Shown: piece after piece, positions 61,995 to 64,000 of the stretch
Layout: each line of letters opens with the position of its first letter
How positions within the stretch are numbered: position 1 is the stretch's first letter
DNA from: Mobula hypostoma
Lineage: Eukaryota
Assembly (NCBI RefSeq): GCF_963921235.1
Contig: NC_086105.1
Span: 109,988,001-110,052,000 of the forward strand
Length of the DNA stretch: 64,000 nucleotides
Direction: 5' to 3'
The notes under the pieces: generated by a model
Told to the model about the DNA's origin: nothing
Seen by the model: the letters and a program-made list of their open reading frames with translations, nothing else
Databases searched by the model: none
Made by a program: the position numbers and the translations under genes

Positions 61995-63570
61995 ATGAGA
62001 TAGTTTGTCAAATGTGTTCAGGAAAGTTTCCTTATTTAGTACATTTAGATCCCAACCAGATAGAGTGTGATAATAGATCTATTAGGGAAAGAAACTGGGC
62101 AGGTAACAGAAGTTTATGTAGGGGCATACTTTGCATCTAGTGATCATAATGCTATAAGTTTCAAGATAATTATGGAGAAGGATAGGTCTGGTCCTGGGAG
62201 CTGAGATTCTAAATTGGAGAAAGGCCAGGTTTGATGGTATCAGAAAGGATCTGACAGTAGTGGATTAGGCCAGGTTGCTTTCTGGCAAAGATAAACTTGG
62301 TAAATGGGAGCCTTCAAAAGTGAAATTTTAAGAATACAGAAAGAGTTTTTATATTCCTGTCAGAATAAAAGGCAAGGATAACAGGTTAAGGGAATCTTGG
62401 TTTTTGAGAGATATTGAGGCCCTGGTTCAGAAAAAATGGATATGTATAGGCAGGAAGAAGTAAATGAGGTACTTGAGTATAAGTAATACAAAAGAACACT
62501 TAAAAGGAAATCAGGAGGGCTAAAAGAATGCTTTAGGTTGCTGTACCTGACAGGATGAAGGAGAATTCCAAGGGCTTCTTATCGGCATCGGTTAGTCTCA
62601 TGAGATCATGAATTTGCGCCTTGGAAGGTTTCCAGGGCGCAGGCCTGGGCAAGGTTGTATGGAAGACCAGCAGTTGTCCATGCTGCAAGTCTCCTCTCTC
62701 CACGCCACCAATGTTGTCCAAGGGAAGGGCATTAGGACCCATACAGCCTGGCACCGGTGTCGTCGCAGAGCAACGTGTGGTTAAGTGCCTTGCTCAAGGA
62801 CACCACGCTGCCTCAGCCAAGGCTCGAACTAGCTACCTTCAAATCACTAGATGAACACCTTAACCACTTGGCCATGCACCAAGGGCTTCTACAGATATAT
62901 TAAAAGCAAAAGGGTAGGGATAGCAAGGGACAAAATTGGTCCTCAGAAAGATCAGAGTGATCATTTATGCATGGAGCTGAAAGAGATAGGGAAGACATTA
63001 AATTATTTTTTTTGCATCTGTATTTACTCAGGAGATGGACACAGAGTCTATAGAAGTGAGACAAAGTACCAGTGAGTTAATGGAACATATTTTCAAATTA
63101 CAGAGGAGGAAATATTTGCTGTCTTGAGGCATATTAGGGTGAATAAATCCCCAGGGCTTGACAGGGTGTTCTCTTAGACCCTGTGAGAAGCTAGTGAAGA
63201 AATTGCAGGGGACCTAGCAGAGATATTGAAAATGCCTTTAGACACAGGTGAGGTGCCAAAGGATTGGAGGATAGCTAACATTGCTGTGTTATTTAAGAAG
63301 GGCTCTAGGAATTAGCTAGGAAATTTTAGGTGTTGAGTTTGACATCAGTAAGTTATTGGAAGGTATTCTAAGGGATTGGATATATAAGTATTTGGATAGA
63401 CAAGGACTGATTCAGGAATAGTCAACATGTCTTTGTGCATAGTAGGTCCTGTATACAATCTTAAAGAGTTTTTTGAGGAAGTTATCTTGAAAGTTGATGA
63501 AAGCGAGCTGGGGAGAAGGCAGGGAGTGGTAGTAGATGGTTGCTTCTCTGACTGGAGGCCTGTGACTGTA
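61995..63570 (+). mobile_element. CR1 ORF2 fragment, degenerate
   Basis: KGFYRYIKSKR..DKIGP; KSPGLD; PKDWRIAN. Confidence 0.8.
62580..62878 (-). mobile_element. tRNA-derived CORE-like SINE inserted in CR1
   Basis: A-box TGGCCAAGTGG, B-box GTTCGAGCC, core gtgtccttgagcaaggcacttaac; 12-bp TSD ccaagggcttct (62568-79, 62879-90). Confidence 0.85.
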
Positions 63571-64000
63571 TATGGTACCTAAGACTTTTGCATAGTACTG
63601 TATTTGTCAAAGTGGAGCGGAGAGAGAGTTGGTAAATCTGGCAGAAGTAAAGAATGTTAGGAGTGGCACCAGTGGAGCACAATGGGAGGGGTGTGGGATA
63701 GGTAGCAGAGAAGGAGTGCCAGGGATAGGGGGTGGCATAGGTACAGACACACCCAGCCCCGAGACACCAGGCAAGGTCATTTGATTCCAAACAATTAGTT
63801 TATTGATCATTACAGAATGTCTGTCTGGTGCTTCCCACTCCCACCCCTGTCCCTGCCCCTTTCCCACTCACAATCCAAAATAGAGACCCATATCAGAATC
63901 AGGTTTATCATCACTCACATATGTCATGAAATTTGTTTTTTTTTTGTGGCAGCAGTACATTGCAATACATAAAATTGCTAAAGTTCTGTGCAATACACTA

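Noticed and set aside
62800-62878. tRNA gene
   Set aside because: The A/B boxes are the head of a SINE with core, tail and TSD.
60164-64000. Final MEIOB exons
   Set aside because: No matching sequence was seen; they are presumably beyond the window, so this is not evidence of pseudogenisation.

Overview
Vertebrate genomic DNA, most likely a cartilaginous fish such as a ray. That assignment is inferred from the TE repertoire (esterase-ORF1 CR1, Rex/Babar, Penelope-like elements, V-SINE) and is not verified. The only confidently identified host gene is MEIOB on the + strand. It has 11 coding exons at 34800-60163 (1215 nt, 405 codons, all GT-AG and phase-consistent); the C-terminal exons lie beyond the window. 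A CpG-rich, apparently bidirectional promoter at ~28690-29170 packs CCAAT, E-box, E2F-like, CRE and MYB motifs and shows spliced-looking exons in the divergent direction. Most of the rest is nested transposons: CR1, Rex/Babar, L1 and RTE LINEs, a Gypsy fragment and solo LTR, Tc1, Tigger, hAT and SINEs. Three things stand out. (1) A 3.1-kb fold-back palindrome of a Penelope-like (RT + GIY-YIG) element with a 15-bp TSD. (2) About a dozen short Penelope pLTR derivatives carrying a minimal hammerhead ribozyme, many forming hairpins whose breakpoints cluster at the ribozyme. (3) A young 1.5-kb non-autonomous Helitron retaining an open 299-aa STPR-repeat ORF. There is one 166-N gap. Repeat boundaries are approximate unless a TSD or TIR is quoted. 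All family and gene assignments come from recalled motifs, not database searches.
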